32,311 nt of DNA, taken from a virus. Lineage: Duplodnaviria; Caudoviricetes. The notes below the pieces were generated by a model. It was not told the DNA's origin, made no database searches, and saw only the letters and a list, made by a program, of their open reading frames with translations. The first letter of the stretch is position 1, and each line of letters begins with the position of its first letter. The translations under genes and the position numbers were made by a program. Shown piece after piece: positions 18,780 to 27,271 of the stretch. The DNA lies in IMG/VR virus record IMGVR_UViG_3300038829_000260, positions 1 to 32,311 of that record, one strand, 5' to 3'.

Positions 18780-21417
18780 AGGTCCCTCCGTTGTAGTTGA
18801 TGCCAATCCCAATCGACCGCGATCCCCCGCCGCCCCCGCTGGCCGCCGGGACCGTATACGTCCCGCAGCACCCCATCGCACCGCCAAGCGTATCGCCGGT
18901 TGCGTGGGAGCTGGTATCCAATACCGCGTAGCCCTCGCGGACAAACGTCCGTAAATTTGCCGGGGTAGCGGATGCGGTGTGCCCGGCTTCCTGCAATGCC
19001 GTCCGACGCATCTCATACGTTGTTTCCAGCTCCCAATAGCCAAGCCAACCCTGCGTGATGTACCCGCCTGATCCGCCACCGAGCGCCGCAGTGGAACCAT
19101 TGAGGGTGACGTTATCCGCATCGACTCGCGTGATGGTCCAATGCCCAGCCACGTCAGCCGTGGTGGGTTTCCCGATAATCACGCGCGCACCATCCGTCAG
19201 CCCGTGCGCGACTTTTGTGATGGTGACCGGTGACCCGGACGTGATGGTGGTAATCGTGGTGGCCAGCAATGGCCCGCCTGGGGCGGAGTACGTCGCATGG
19301 GCGGCGGCGATGGGGTCATGTGCAAAAATGCACCGGTAGTTCGTGGGCAATCCACCGTTCACTCCTGCCACGGTGCGGGACACAATAGTGCCCACGCTAT
19401 ACGTCCCGTGGTTGACATCCCAGGCCGTCCCCGCCGCTTTCGCCAGGCCGGACGCATGGGTGGAATAGGTCGCATACCGGCGCGTCGTATCTTTCCACGT
19501 CGGCGCGGTCCCGTCGATATCGCTCGCCCCAGGCGTGCCCGTGGCAAACGCGAGGTCGTAGCCCTTGCCAGAGGTGCCTGCATCCAATCCATACCCGGCG
19601 TTGTGATGGGCGTTGACTGCCGCTAGCGTGCGGTCTGAGGTATTGGTGAATCCACCGACCTTGTATGCCGTCGTCGCAAGGGTGCTGTAGATGATGTTAT
19701 TAGTGATAGAATTGAGCTGGAGCAACTCTCCCCCGCCTAGATAGTCCAACACTGCGGCGGTCCCTGTTTCGGTCGAGGTCTCCAATAATGTCGTATGGTC
19801 CAAAATCACCGGGATATCCGTTCCGTCCGTCGTGCCGACCAGCGAGGAAATCAACACGCTGCCAATGTCGGCGTCATACCCAGGGGCTAAAATGAGATCG
19901 TTCTGGATAGTGACCGTGATCGTAGCTGTCGAGTCATCAGGCCGAAAGATTTCATTGGGGCTTTGCATATCCGCGTGAGGGTCCCATACGTTCCCGCTTA
20001 CGAGCTGCGTTCCTCCTAGAGAGGCAATCCCGCCGAGCGAGAGCCCGCGCCATGTGTTCGCCGCTTGGTCGAGGTTCACAAAATAGTTAGTCGAGAATGG
20101 TGTTTTTCCAGGCGTTCCCCCTATGGCGAAGTTCTGCGAATAGGCTGTGATGAAAAGATTTCCGCTCACGTCTGCGGCTGGGGCGGTCTGCACAAATTCA
20201 GCCGAATCGGCAAACACGTTTCCGGTCACCGTCCCCCCGTACATAAAAAAGAGGTTGGTGTATCGATCTACGTAGTTGTTGACGAACCGACGTGTTCCAG
20301 TGGTCAGCGCTGCCTGCCCTGATGCCCCGACCATCACCTGTCGAACAATGGAGTTCGTGAACCGATTCCCTTCAAGATCGACGGTCGCCGCAGCGCCAGA
20401 GGAGAGATTGAAAATCTGCCCGCCATCGTCATACGTCGAATTATGCATGTAAAATTCTGCGGTGGTGACGCTCGACGGCGTCCAGCAAATCCCCGCGTTC
20501 GCGCAATCGTTCGCCGTATTGGAGTACGCCCCCAGGTGGGCAAGATCGACATAGTCAAAATGCACACCTCCACCGCCAGTCCACTTGGAGCTGGTGATTT
20601 GCATCGTTTCGCCGGATGGGTACGCCTGTATTTTGGCATGGCTCCCCGTCGTCCCGATAAACCGAATCGACACCGGGGTGTTGTCACCAGATCCGAGCTG
20701 AATCTGATACATCTGCCCGGTGTTACTCGTGGCATCCATATAAAGTTCTGATCCTGCGCCCCCGATGATCGCGGCATTATTGGTCCGACCTGCGACGGTG
20801 AGCGCCACAATCGGCCCCCGATGATACATGATGGCCCCATCGGCGAGCGTGAGTTTTGCCGAGGCGTTATTCATAATCACGCCAGAGGCTTGGGTGATCG
20901 TGTAGGTTCTCGCGGTCCAGGCGGTCGAGACGTTTGCCGCGCACACCGCTGCGGTATCCGTGCTTACCGTGGTCAACACACAATAGCTATCGGTCCCGCC
21001 TGATGCCGCGTTGATCAGATCGCCTACCTTGAGTCGCTTGGTCGTGTCGGCATCGGTGAGCCATGCGGTCCCTGTTCCCGTAAGCACGTTTCCCGCGCTG
21101 GTAATTGTGCCTATCCCAGCGACAGCCACACTGGGGGAATGCCCAACCGTAAACGTCCCAGACGGTGCCGTCACGCCGTGGGACACGAGTTTCCAATCAT
21201 CGCCCGTTCCTGGGTAATCCGTTCCAGCCACGCAGGAGGACGCGCATCCTGTGCTGGCGCCGCCTCGCACCGTCCACGTCGTCCCCAGGTTCCAGTTGCC
21301 GGTAGCAGCAGAATCCCAGGAGGTGGCCCAGACCTGGTCGACTATCACGAGGCCCAACGTCGGCCCAGCGAGTTGCAGCACCAGTAGATAGAGCGCCCAT
21401 CGTTTCAGTCTCGTCAT
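18700..21417 (-). CDS. large exported adhesin / head-fibre-like protein (905 aa)
   Basis: Signal peptide ending VWA; Thr/Gly/Asn-rich beta-helix-like core; CBM5/12-like W...Y.VG..V...YRC..AH; FCCH-like ITSGSPVTIT..AHGL.DG..V.I. Confidence 0.7.
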   Translation of the reverse strand: MTRLKRWALYLLVLQLAGPTLGLVIVDQVWATSWDSAATGNWNLGTTWTVRGGASTGCASSCVAGTDYPGTGDDWKLVSHGVTAPSGTFTVGHSPSVAVAGIGTITSAGNVLTGTGTAWLTDADTTKRLKVGDLINAASGGTDSYCVLTTVSTDTAAVCAANVSTAWTARTYTITQASGVIMNNASAKLTLADGAIMYHRGPIVALTVAGRTNNAAIIGGAGSELYMDATSNTGQMYQIQLGSGDNTPVSIRFIGTTGSHAKIQAYPSGETMQITSSKWTGGGGVHFDYVDLAHLGAYSNTANDCANAGICWTPSSVTTAEFYMHNSTYDDGGQIFNLSSGAAATVDLEGNRFTNSIVRQVMVGASGQAALTTGTRRFVNNYVDRYTNLFFMYGGTVTGNVFADSAEFVQTAPAADVSGNLFITAYSQNFAIGGTPGKTPFSTNYFVNLDQAANTWRGLSLGGIASLGGTQLVSGNVWDPHADMQSPNEIFRPDDSTATITVTIQNDLILAPGYDADIGSVLISSLVGTTDGTDIPVILDHTTLLETSTETGTAAVLDYLGGGELLQLNSITNNIIYSTLATTAYKVGGFTNTSDRTLAAVNAHHNAGYGLDAGTSGKGYDLAFATGTPGASDIDGTAPTWKDTTRRYATYSTHASGLAKAAGTAWDVNHGTYSVGTIVSRTVAGVNGGLPTNYRCIFAHDPIAAAHATYSAPGGPLLATTITTITSGSPVTITKVAHGLTDGARVIIGKPTTADVAGHWTITRVDADNVTLNGSTAALGGGSGGYITQGWLGYWELETTYEMRRTALQEAGHTASATPANLRTFVREGYAVLDTSSHATGDTLGGAMGCCGTYTVPAASGGGGGSRSIGIGINYNGGTYARETMGGIRWIRLDHRPLVYWHLAD

Positions 21418-21686
21418 CGAATTGCCTCCTGACAGCCAAGGTTTACGGTCATAGTGTATGGATGGTCGATCAATGCGGGCCGCAAGAACAGGTGCTCATG
21501 GTCGCGTGAGACAAGTACATCGTCAGAAAAATACACGCACGAGCCCAGCGTGACATTCGGGGCCAAGGCCTGATGGTCTTGCGTCGTCAAGGGTTCCCCT
21601 CCTTGAATGCGGTGGGGAGAAACCGCACACGCCGTGACGACCACCGCCGCCAACATCAATCCCGTTACTGGTGCGAACCTCGTCAT
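21414..21686 (-). CDS. putative lipoprotein (90 aa)
   Basis: Hydrophobic N-terminus with lipobox VTAC; ATGA overlaps on both sides. Confidence 0.65.
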   Translation of the reverse strand: MTRFAPVTGLMLAAVVVTACAVSPHRIQGGEPLTTQDHQALAPNVTLGSCVYFSDDVLVSRDHEHLFLRPALIDHPYTMTVNLGCQEAIR

Positions 21687-22111
21687 TGCGCTGTGAATTC
21701 CAAAATCAGTTTGAGGTTCGTCGGAGCCCCACCTTTGATCAAATACAAAATGTTAGATCGCGTGCTCTCAAACCGCTGCAACGGAGGGAGTGGCCCTGTC
21801 CCTACGGCGGGCCCTTGATAATCAAGATAGGCGGAGACCTGCACCTTGACCGGACCGTCTGGCACCGAGAGCGACGCACAGGAGAGTGTGGTGGAGGGAG
21901 TATTCTGGGAGGCCTCAGTCTGCGTGCCGACGAGCGGGGACGTGTAGACCAGATATCCACTGGCGGCCCAGTGTATGGCTGGGACTGCCTCAGGCACTGT
22001 CATCCAACTCGCCGCATCCCACGAGAGGGTGCAGGCGATGGCGGGGGAGGGGAGCGCCAGCGCCGCCAAGAGTGCCACCGCTGTACGTCGCATCCGTGTC
22101 CGTGTCCGCAT
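21683..22111 (-). CDS. exported fibronectin type III-like protein (142 aa)
   Basis: Signal peptide ending AIA; TLSWD...GYLVY...VSAY...ES..SN...APTNL pattern; GGAGG RBS. Confidence 0.65.
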   Translation of the reverse strand: MRTRTRMRRTAVALLAALALPSPAIACTLSWDAASWMTVPEAVPAIHWAASGYLVYTSPLVGTQTEASQNTPSTTLSCASLSVPDGPVKVQVSAYLDYQGPAVGTGPLPPLQRFESTRSNILYLIKGGAPTNLKLILEFTAQ

Positions 22112-22138
22112 CTGCGCACCTCCATCACAAATAAAAAC

Positions 22139-22199
22139 GCCCGATCAGCCAGGCGTCACCACCTGATCAACCGGGCCTGAATCTCTCAGCAACCCGCAA
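22139..22199 (-). terminator. 61-bp element copy 2: conserved leader, 17-bp hairpin, then U-rich tract
   Basis: 59/61 identical to 18336-18396; followed by GTTTTTATTT on the minus strand. Confidence 0.8.
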
Positions 22200-22220
22200 A
22201 CCTCCGTCACGGCCCCACGC

Positions 22221-22406
22221 CTACGCCGTCCGTCGTCGTCCGAGTTCCCCTGGCTTCCAGGTGCGGGATTCGTGGATTTCGCCCACATGGCCCGCCTGGA
22301 ATTTCAATTCGAGTGTACCGTAAAAACTCGTACTACGCAACTGTTGCACCATTGAGAGCAATTCCTCGTCGGTAAAGCCGACGCGCTTGGAGGCTATTCC
22401 GTGCAT
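22221..22406 (-). CDS. small DUF2292/YezD-like protein (61 aa)
   Basis: FYGTLELKFQAGHVGEIHESRTWK resembles the DUF2292 pattern (F/Y)G.v.i....G.v..i......K; GGAGG RBS before ATG 22406. Confidence 0.6.
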   Translation of the reverse strand: MHGIASKRVGFTDEELLSMVQQLRSTSFYGTLELKFQAGHVGEIHESRTWKPGELGRRRTA

Positions 22407-22897
22407 GCGCCCTCCGTCGATTGATTCCGTCCCCCTAATTTTGTCCCGCGTCGTAACATCGCCTTCAGCGCCTCCATCAGCTGATTGCCCTGCACCCGCG
22501 TCTGCGGCCACGGCGTCCCACAGGTCCGTGTCGCCAGCGCCTGCCGCCAGGTCGGCGCCAAGGGTGTCACCGCCTGGGCTTCCAGATCGTCGCACAGGTG
22601 GCTGATCATCAATTGCTGTTCCACCGTGATCGGCTCATCCGGCTGGCGCTCGTCACGCCCGGACCGCTTCCGTGGCGTCTTCGGCTTCGGTTGGTCCCGC
22701 CGCAAATCCCACAGCCTTCGATACACCTGCTTGAGTCCCGCCACGGGCATATCCGCGCAGGACTCATGCCCGGTCAACTGCTGCTGCATCGTCCGCCGCA
22801 TGTCGGCATCCAGCCGCAACTCCCGCCCCATGGCATGGATGGCTTTGATCAGCTCGCCCCGCGTGGTCGCCGGCTGACGTGGTCCGGTGTTGGCCAT
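22394..22897 (-). CDS. gemA: Mu GemA / gp16-like (DUF1018) protein (167 aa)
   Basis: LIKAIHAMGRELRLDADMRRTMQQQLTGHESCADM...L..V...L and C-terminal LMEALKAM; TGATG coupling. Confidence 0.75.
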   Translation of the reverse strand: MANTGPRQPATTRGELIKAIHAMGRELRLDADMRRTMQQQLTGHESCADMPVAGLKQVYRRLWDLRRDQPKPKTPRKRSGRDERQPDEPITVEQQLMISHLCDDLEAQAVTPLAPTWRQALATRTCGTPWPQTRVQGNQLMEALKAMLRRGTKLGGRNQSTEGACTE

Positions 22898-23424
22898 CAC
22901 ATCCCCTGCTTCCAGTCTGCCGTGTGCTTGCATGGCAGACAGACGCGATGCGTCACGTCCGTGGAGCGAAATTGCCGTTGGCACATCAAACACCGCCGGA
23001 CGGTCGTAGGCGTCTGATCGATCTCCGGCACCACGCCAGGGCCTTTCGATTTCGCATGCTGATAGGGCAGCCCCGCCACCGCGCACACCTGCCGCCACCG
23101 GCCCCAGCGGGCCGTGACCGTATTCACGGCGTAGGCGCCGAGCTGCCGATAGTCTCGCTGGCAGATCCGCCCATGCTGCCGGTACACGCGCCGCAGATCG
23201 GCGACGATCGCCGCCTCCTCCACGGTGCCGCCCGGCTGGCTGGTCTGCGCCAAGAGCCCCGCCGCCGCCAAGGCCGCACGCCAGGACCCAAAATGCCGCA
23301 CGCAGGATTGGGCCGAAAACCGCCCATGCGCCTGGTAGACGGGGTGCGTCACGACGGCCACCGTCGTCGCCACGCGGCGCAGATCCGCCACCAAATCCGC
23401 CTGGGTAATCGCCCGTCGTCCCAT
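22897..23424 (-). CDS. protein with two homing-endonuclease-associated repeats and a C-terminal zinc finger
   Basis: (L/I)VADLRRV...Y...G.(F/Y)......(F/W)G.W......AGL occurs twice; RRCLMC...F......VCLPCK. Confidence 0.7.
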   Translation of the reverse strand: MGRRAITQADLVADLRRVATTVAVVTHPVYQAHGRFSAQSCVRHFGSWRAALAAAGLLAQTSQPGGTVEEAAIVADLRRVYRQHGRICQRDYRQLGAYAVNTVTARWGRWRQVCAVAGLPYQHAKSKGPGVVPEIDQTPTTVRRCLMCQRQFRSTDVTHRVCLPCKHTADWKQGM

Positions 23425-23429
23425 CGTCG

Positions 23430-23702
23430 TCAGCGTCCCGTCCCCGAGTGCTCCCGCCAGCATTGCGCCACCACAGGGCTGGCCTCTTGCTGGCACTCCA
23501 TCCGATCCACCACCTGCCCCTGCCGCACAATCCGATACCGAAAGCTCAACGGCTCCGTCAGATCCGGCCGCTCGAACTCCACCACCTCCAACGGCCGGTC
23601 TGGCTCATGGATCAACAACGTCGCCTGTCGCGGCAGATCCGCGCAGGCCGACAGCATCACACACCCCAGCACCACCGCCCCCATCAGCATCTTCTCCATC
23701 AC
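23430..23702 (-). CDS. putative lipoprotein (90 aa)
   Basis: Lipobox LSAC after a hydrophobic stretch; GAGGAGG RBS. Confidence 0.65.
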   Translation of the reverse strand: MMEKMLMGAVVLGCVMLSACADLPRQATLLIHEPDRPLEVVEFERPDLTEPLSFRYRIVRQGQVVDRMECQQEASPVVAQCWREHSGTGR

Positions 23703-23710
23703 ACGCCTCC

Positions 23711-23857
23711 TCAGTGGTTACCGCCACACATCCCGCTCAACACCCGAATCGCCCACCCCGTCACCGCCACCAGCACGCTCAACCCACAAGCCACGGCGAC
23801 CGCCGCCATCCCCAACCCACAGATCGCGCCGATCCGCTCCACCGTCTCTTTCCTCAC
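23711..23857 (-). CDS. small membrane protein (48 aa)
   Basis: GTG overlapping the upstream stop (GTGA); one long hydrophobic segment. Confidence 0.5.
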   Translation of the reverse strand: MRKETVERIGAICGLGMAAVAVACGLSVLVAVTGWAIRVLSGMCGGNH

Positions 23858-24207
23858 GCGGGCCTCGTCGGGGTCGCCGCCGTCTCCGGCGCATGCGCCA
23901 CTTTCCACACGTCCCACTCGCGCCGGATCGCGCCCAGCTCCCGCGTCAGCCGCGCGATCGACCCCGCGTCCGGATGCGTCCGATAGCCCAGACTCCGCAA
24001 ATAGGTCGAGGATTTGGTCGTCACCAGCGCCATCCACACCTGCTGCCGGGGCACATCCCGCGACAGGCTAATGAGCCACATCGTCGTCCGCAGCCAGTCG
24101 GCCTCCAACTCCACCGGCAACCCCGCCAGATTCACCGCCAACAGCTCGATCACTAACACCGACAAGCTATCCGGCCCGTCGCCACGTTCACGCGCCATCG
24201 CCATCAT
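23854..24207 (-). CDS. hypothetical protein (117 aa)
   Basis: GAGGT RBS; ATGA overlap with upstream gene. Confidence 0.6.
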   Translation of the reverse strand: MMAMARERGDGPDSLSVLVIELLAVNLAGLPVELEADWLRTTMWLISLSRDVPRQQVWMALVTTKSSTYLRSLGYRTHPDAGSIARLTRELGAIRREWDVWKVAHAPETAATPTRPA

Positions 24208-24443
24208 CGATACACCTCAATCTGTTCGATCAGCGAGCCGTCCGCCTGCGGCACATAGGTCACAAACGCTTCCCCCGCCCACGAGCGCGGGCAGGCCGTC
24301 GCCTCATGCCGAATCCGGCCACAGGCCGGGCACACACAGGCGCAGAACGCCGCCACATCCAAGCCCCGCCCCGCAGCCTTCCGCGTCACCTGCTCCAGCT
24401 CGCGCGCCAACAGTTTCGGAATCGTCATCTGGTCCTCACGCAT
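24204..24443 (-). CDS. hypothetical Cys-rich protein (79 aa)
   Basis: CPACG..H...C; overlaps neighbours in the operon. Confidence 0.6.
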   Translation of the reverse strand: MREDQMTIPKLLARELEQVTRKAAGRGLDVAAFCACVCPACGRIRHEATACPRSWAGEAFVTYVPQADGSLIEQIEVYR

Positions 24444-24693
24444 GGCCCACCACCGCCCCCGCCTTCGCGCGCAACCGCGCCGCCAGCTCCGCGTTCAACT
24501 GCACCACCCGCGACTGGGTGATCTGCTCCAGCTCCGCCGCGTTCGCCGACCGCGTCCCGTCAGCCTCCACCACATACACTTCCTCGCAGCGCACGCACCA
24601 CACCAGGGTGCCCACGCCAACATCATGCGAGATGTGTACGGCCGACCGACAAAACGGGCAGGCCACGAGCCGATCTGCCTGAGGCTGAGTCAT
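24436..24693 (-). CDS. zinc-ribbon protein (85 aa)
   Basis: CPFC...CVRC; ATG 24693 in ATGA overlap with a GGGGAG RBS. Confidence 0.65.
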   Translation of the reverse strand: MTQPQADRLVACPFCRSAVHISHDVGVGTLVWCVRCEEVYVVEADGTRSANAAELEQITQSRVVQLNAELAARLRAKAGAVVGHA

Positions 24694-25085
24694 GCGCGGC
24701 TCCCCTCCAACAACTCCAACCGAATCTGCCCGAGCACCTCGTCCGGCGTGTTCCGCCGCAAATGCGCCAGCCGTTGCGCCGTGTGCATAATGCGATGCGT
24801 CAACTGCCGATCGGCCATCTCCAGGTCCTCCCGCGTCACGATCAAAAAATACCCATGCACCCCCGCATCCCCGCCGGTGATCGAGCCAATGGCCGCATGA
24901 TGCGACTCGATTAAATGCTTGACGATCTGCTGCACCACGCGGGGAGTGATCCGCACCGTCTCGGCGAGCTCCCGCAAGGGGATGGCCGACTGCCAGCCCA
25001 ACCGCGTCGCAATCACAAACAGCACCCGCTGCTGTTCGAGCGAGAGCGCCGGCGGCATGAGCGGCATGAGATGGGCCTCCGTCAC
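24690..25085 (-). CDS. winged HTH DNA-binding protein (131 aa)
   Basis: AIPLRELAETVRITPRVVQQIVKHL....IGS......GYF. Confidence 0.7.
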   Translation of the reverse strand: MTEAHLMPLMPPALSLEQQRVLFVIATRLGWQSAIPLRELAETVRITPRVVQQIVKHLIESHHAAIGSITGGDAGVHGYFLIVTREDLEMADRQLTHRIMHTAQRLAHLRRNTPDEVLGQIRLELLEGSRA

Positions 25086-25612
25086 GCCACCTCCTGGTCC
25101 AGCTCCACATCCACCGCATCTTTCAACAGGGCGTTCACCAGTTTTTCCACCGCGCTATCGACCGGCTTGCACACCACCACATCGCCGGTCTCCTCGACCG
25201 TCACGCCCAGCCGTCGCAGCTCGGCCACATCCAGGGTATTCAACCCCTGTTTACTGGGTGTTTCCTTGGTGTTGATGAGCTGATCCACCTGTGAGCCCAT
25301 CAGCTTCTTAATCTTCGCCAGCAGCACGGCATCATCCTCCCACTCCAGCTTCCCCTTGCCCTTCTGGTACCCGATCTTCACGCCGTGGAAAATCACCGTG
25401 CGCGGTTTCGCGAACAGCTCCGGCGATTCCGCAATCGCCGCGCGCAGCGTGGCTTCCGCCTCCGCCGCTCGGCCCAACGCCTTTTTAATGCCCGGCAACT
25501 TCGCCCGCTTCAGCGCATCCATTTCGACTTCTAACGCATCCACCTTGGTCGAGAGAATCCCCCGCATCTCATCGTAGGTGCGGCAGAGCCGCTCCAGCAG
25601 CTCCATCGTCAT
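25082..25612 (-). CDS. gam: Mu Gam-like host-nuclease inhibitor
   Basis: ELFAKPRTVIFHGVKIGYQKGKG...LI.TKETP.K..L......L..LGV.V; position in the Mu semi-essential region. Confidence 0.8.
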   Translation of the reverse strand: MTMELLERLCRTYDEMRGILSTKVDALEVEMDALKRAKLPGIKKALGRAAEAEATLRAAIAESPELFAKPRTVIFHGVKIGYQKGKGKLEWEDDAVLLAKIKKLMGSQVDQLINTKETPSKQGLNTLDVAELRRLGVTVEETGDVVVCKPVDSAVEKLVNALLKDAVDVELDQEVA

Positions 25613-25857
25613 GGTCGAACTCCTTCCCCCGCCGCCTTCGGCAACCGCGCATTCCAGAACTGCGTCCGCACGGACCGCGCGTCGAGCGCCTCAAAATAGT
25701 GCCGCACGCAGGCGTGGCGCTTCTCCGCGCAGTCGCCGCACATCTGCGCCCAGCCCCACGGCGCATGCACCAGATACAGCGGCCCTTTTCGCTCACACAA
25801 ATCGCAGCGGCACGGCAGCACCAACGCTTTCAAGACCTGTTTCGCCATCTGGATCAT
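25609..25857 (-). CDS. small zinc-finger protein (82 aa)
   Basis: CDLC...WAQMCGDC; AGGAGG RBS and ATGA overlap. Confidence 0.65.
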   Translation of the reverse strand: MIQMAKQVLKALVLPCRCDLCERKGPLYLVHAPWGWAQMCGDCAEKRHACVRHYFEALDARSVRTQFWNARLPKAAGEGVRP

Positions 25858-26321
25858 GTCGCCCTCCTGGTATCGCCCGTGTAGGCCTGTACGAGCGGGA
25901 TCAACGCCTCGACCGTCACGCCCAGCGCCCCCAATTGTGCGCACCACAACTCCGTGAACCGATGCCCGAGCAACTTGATCCGCACGAGCCGCAGCGCTGG
26001 GGCCAGTTCTTGCCGCCGCGCCGGATCAGAATTGATCTGCCAGGCCTCGCCGCCGAGCGCCACGAACGCCCAATAGCAGAGCGGCAACGAGGTTTTCTCC
26101 AGCGGCGAGCCCACGAGATCCGAAAAGCTGTAATCGCAGGCCGCGCAGCGGTAGACCTTCAACGCCTTGTGTCGCAGCAACGGCTTGGTGCCAGGCACAA
26201 GATCGGCCCCATCGTGGCAGCGCGGGCATTCCACCGCGCCCTGCGTGCGGGGCCAATGGGCGTGCCGATAAGCGATGCGCACCAGCTCGTCCACGGCCAT
26301 CTGTGTTGAGGCGAGTCCCAT
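25854..26321 (-). CDS. protein resembling the IS1595-family transposase N-terminal zinc ribbon, without a DDE domain (155 aa)
   Basis: WP....VECPRC...YRCAACDYSFSDLVGSPLEKTSLPLCYW; GGAGG RBS. Confidence 0.7.
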   Translation of the reverse strand: MGLASTQMAVDELVRIAYRHAHWPRTQGAVECPRCHDGADLVPGTKPLLRHKALKVYRCAACDYSFSDLVGSPLEKTSLPLCYWAFVALGGEAWQINSDPARRQELAPALRLVRIKLLGHRFTELWCAQLGALGVTVEALIPLVQAYTGDTRRAT

Positions 26322-26330
26322 GGGGTCCTC

Positions 26331-27266
26331 CTACGCCGCCAGCTTCATGGCTTTGCGGATGTGATCCAACGTGATCGAGCCGTTCGTCGTCGTCGCAAAC
26401 TTGCCCGCGATTTCCAAAAAATTATTCACGCGCCGCGCACTGCTCAGCAGCTGGGGATCGGCCGCCAGCACGCGCATGGCCTCGTCCAGCAGGTCTTCCT
26501 CCAGGATACCGGAGAGAATCAGCCGCACGTCCTCCCGCGTCAGCTCCGGCAGCGTCCAGACGCGGCCGCTCACGCGCGAGGCCAATTGCTCCAGCTCTGG
26601 CGTGTGCCCCACCAGATACCGCTGCAACGTGCTGATCCCCACTAAGAGCAGCCCCACCCCCGTGGTGTCGTACACATGGCGCAGCACATCGAGCGCGCTG
26701 TAATCCAGCGTGTGCGCATCGTCCACAATGATCGTCCGTCCGCTGCCCTCCAGCCGCGATTTAATCCGCTTCATCAATCCACGCAGTAACCCACGATCGC
26801 TTTCTTTGATCGCGTCGCACAGCTCCTGCAACACGCCAGACCCGCGTAACCCTTTCCAGGCATGTACGACGATCATCCCCGGATCTTCCTTGTGCAGCTC
26901 TTTGATCGTGCGCGTCTTGCCGTACCCTGAGACGCCGATCACCACGCCTAGGCGGTTATATTTCGACACGAAACCATAGGCCTGCTGAAACATCTTCGCC
27001 TGCCGGGTCTCGGCAAACGGGATCTGCAACAACCCGCCGTCGTTTTTCGCCTCTTCGCGTTCGACAAAGGCCCGCAGGCGCTTGGTGAACGACACGATAT
27101 CGCCGTCATATTTCCGGTTGAGCGCATAGCTCACTTGGCTGGTGCTCACGCCCAAACTTTTCGCCAGATCAGCCAGCGAAATCGGGCGGCCCTGCTGCTC
27201 GCGCCCATCCATCAGGCGGCGCAGGCGCTCCAGCGTCAGTTCGGTCTGTTGGTCGTAGAGTGGCAT
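26331..27266 (-). CDS. MuB-like transposition AAA+ ATPase with N-terminal HTH
   Basis: SLADLAKSLGVSTSQVS HTH; Walker A GVSGYGKT; Walker B IIVDDAH; QLASRV arginine finger; follows transposase. Confidence 0.92.
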   Translation of the reverse strand: MPLYDQQTELTLERLRRLMDGREQQGRPISLADLAKSLGVSTSQVSYALNRKYDGDIVSFTKRLRAFVEREEAKNDGGLLQIPFAETRQAKMFQQAYGFVSKYNRLGVVIGVSGYGKTRTIKELHKEDPGMIVVHAWKGLRGSGVLQELCDAIKESDRGLLRGLMKRIKSRLEGSGRTIIVDDAHTLDYSALDVLRHVYDTTGVGLLLVGISTLQRYLVGHTPELEQLASRVSGRVWTLPELTREDVRLILSGILEEDLLDEAMRVLAADPQLLSSARRVNNFLEIAGKFATTTNGSITLDHIRKAMKLAA

Positions 27267-27271
27267 CGTGA

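Noticed and set aside
18336-22199. 61-bp repeats as integrase att sites or Mu ends
   Set aside because: No site-specific recombinase is present, the repeats are internal and direct, and they have hairpin plus U-tract structure with pairing-preserving changes
24680-24705. Possible self-target of the array (GTcATgCGcGG fits four consecutive gapped dinucleotides)
   Set aside because: Flanking dinucleotides do not match either unit, and 8 matched bases are expected by chance; no convincing self-target was found by eye, though the scan was not exhaustive
25854-26321. Intact IS1595 insertion sequence
   Set aside because: No DDE domain, terminal inverted repeats or target duplication seen
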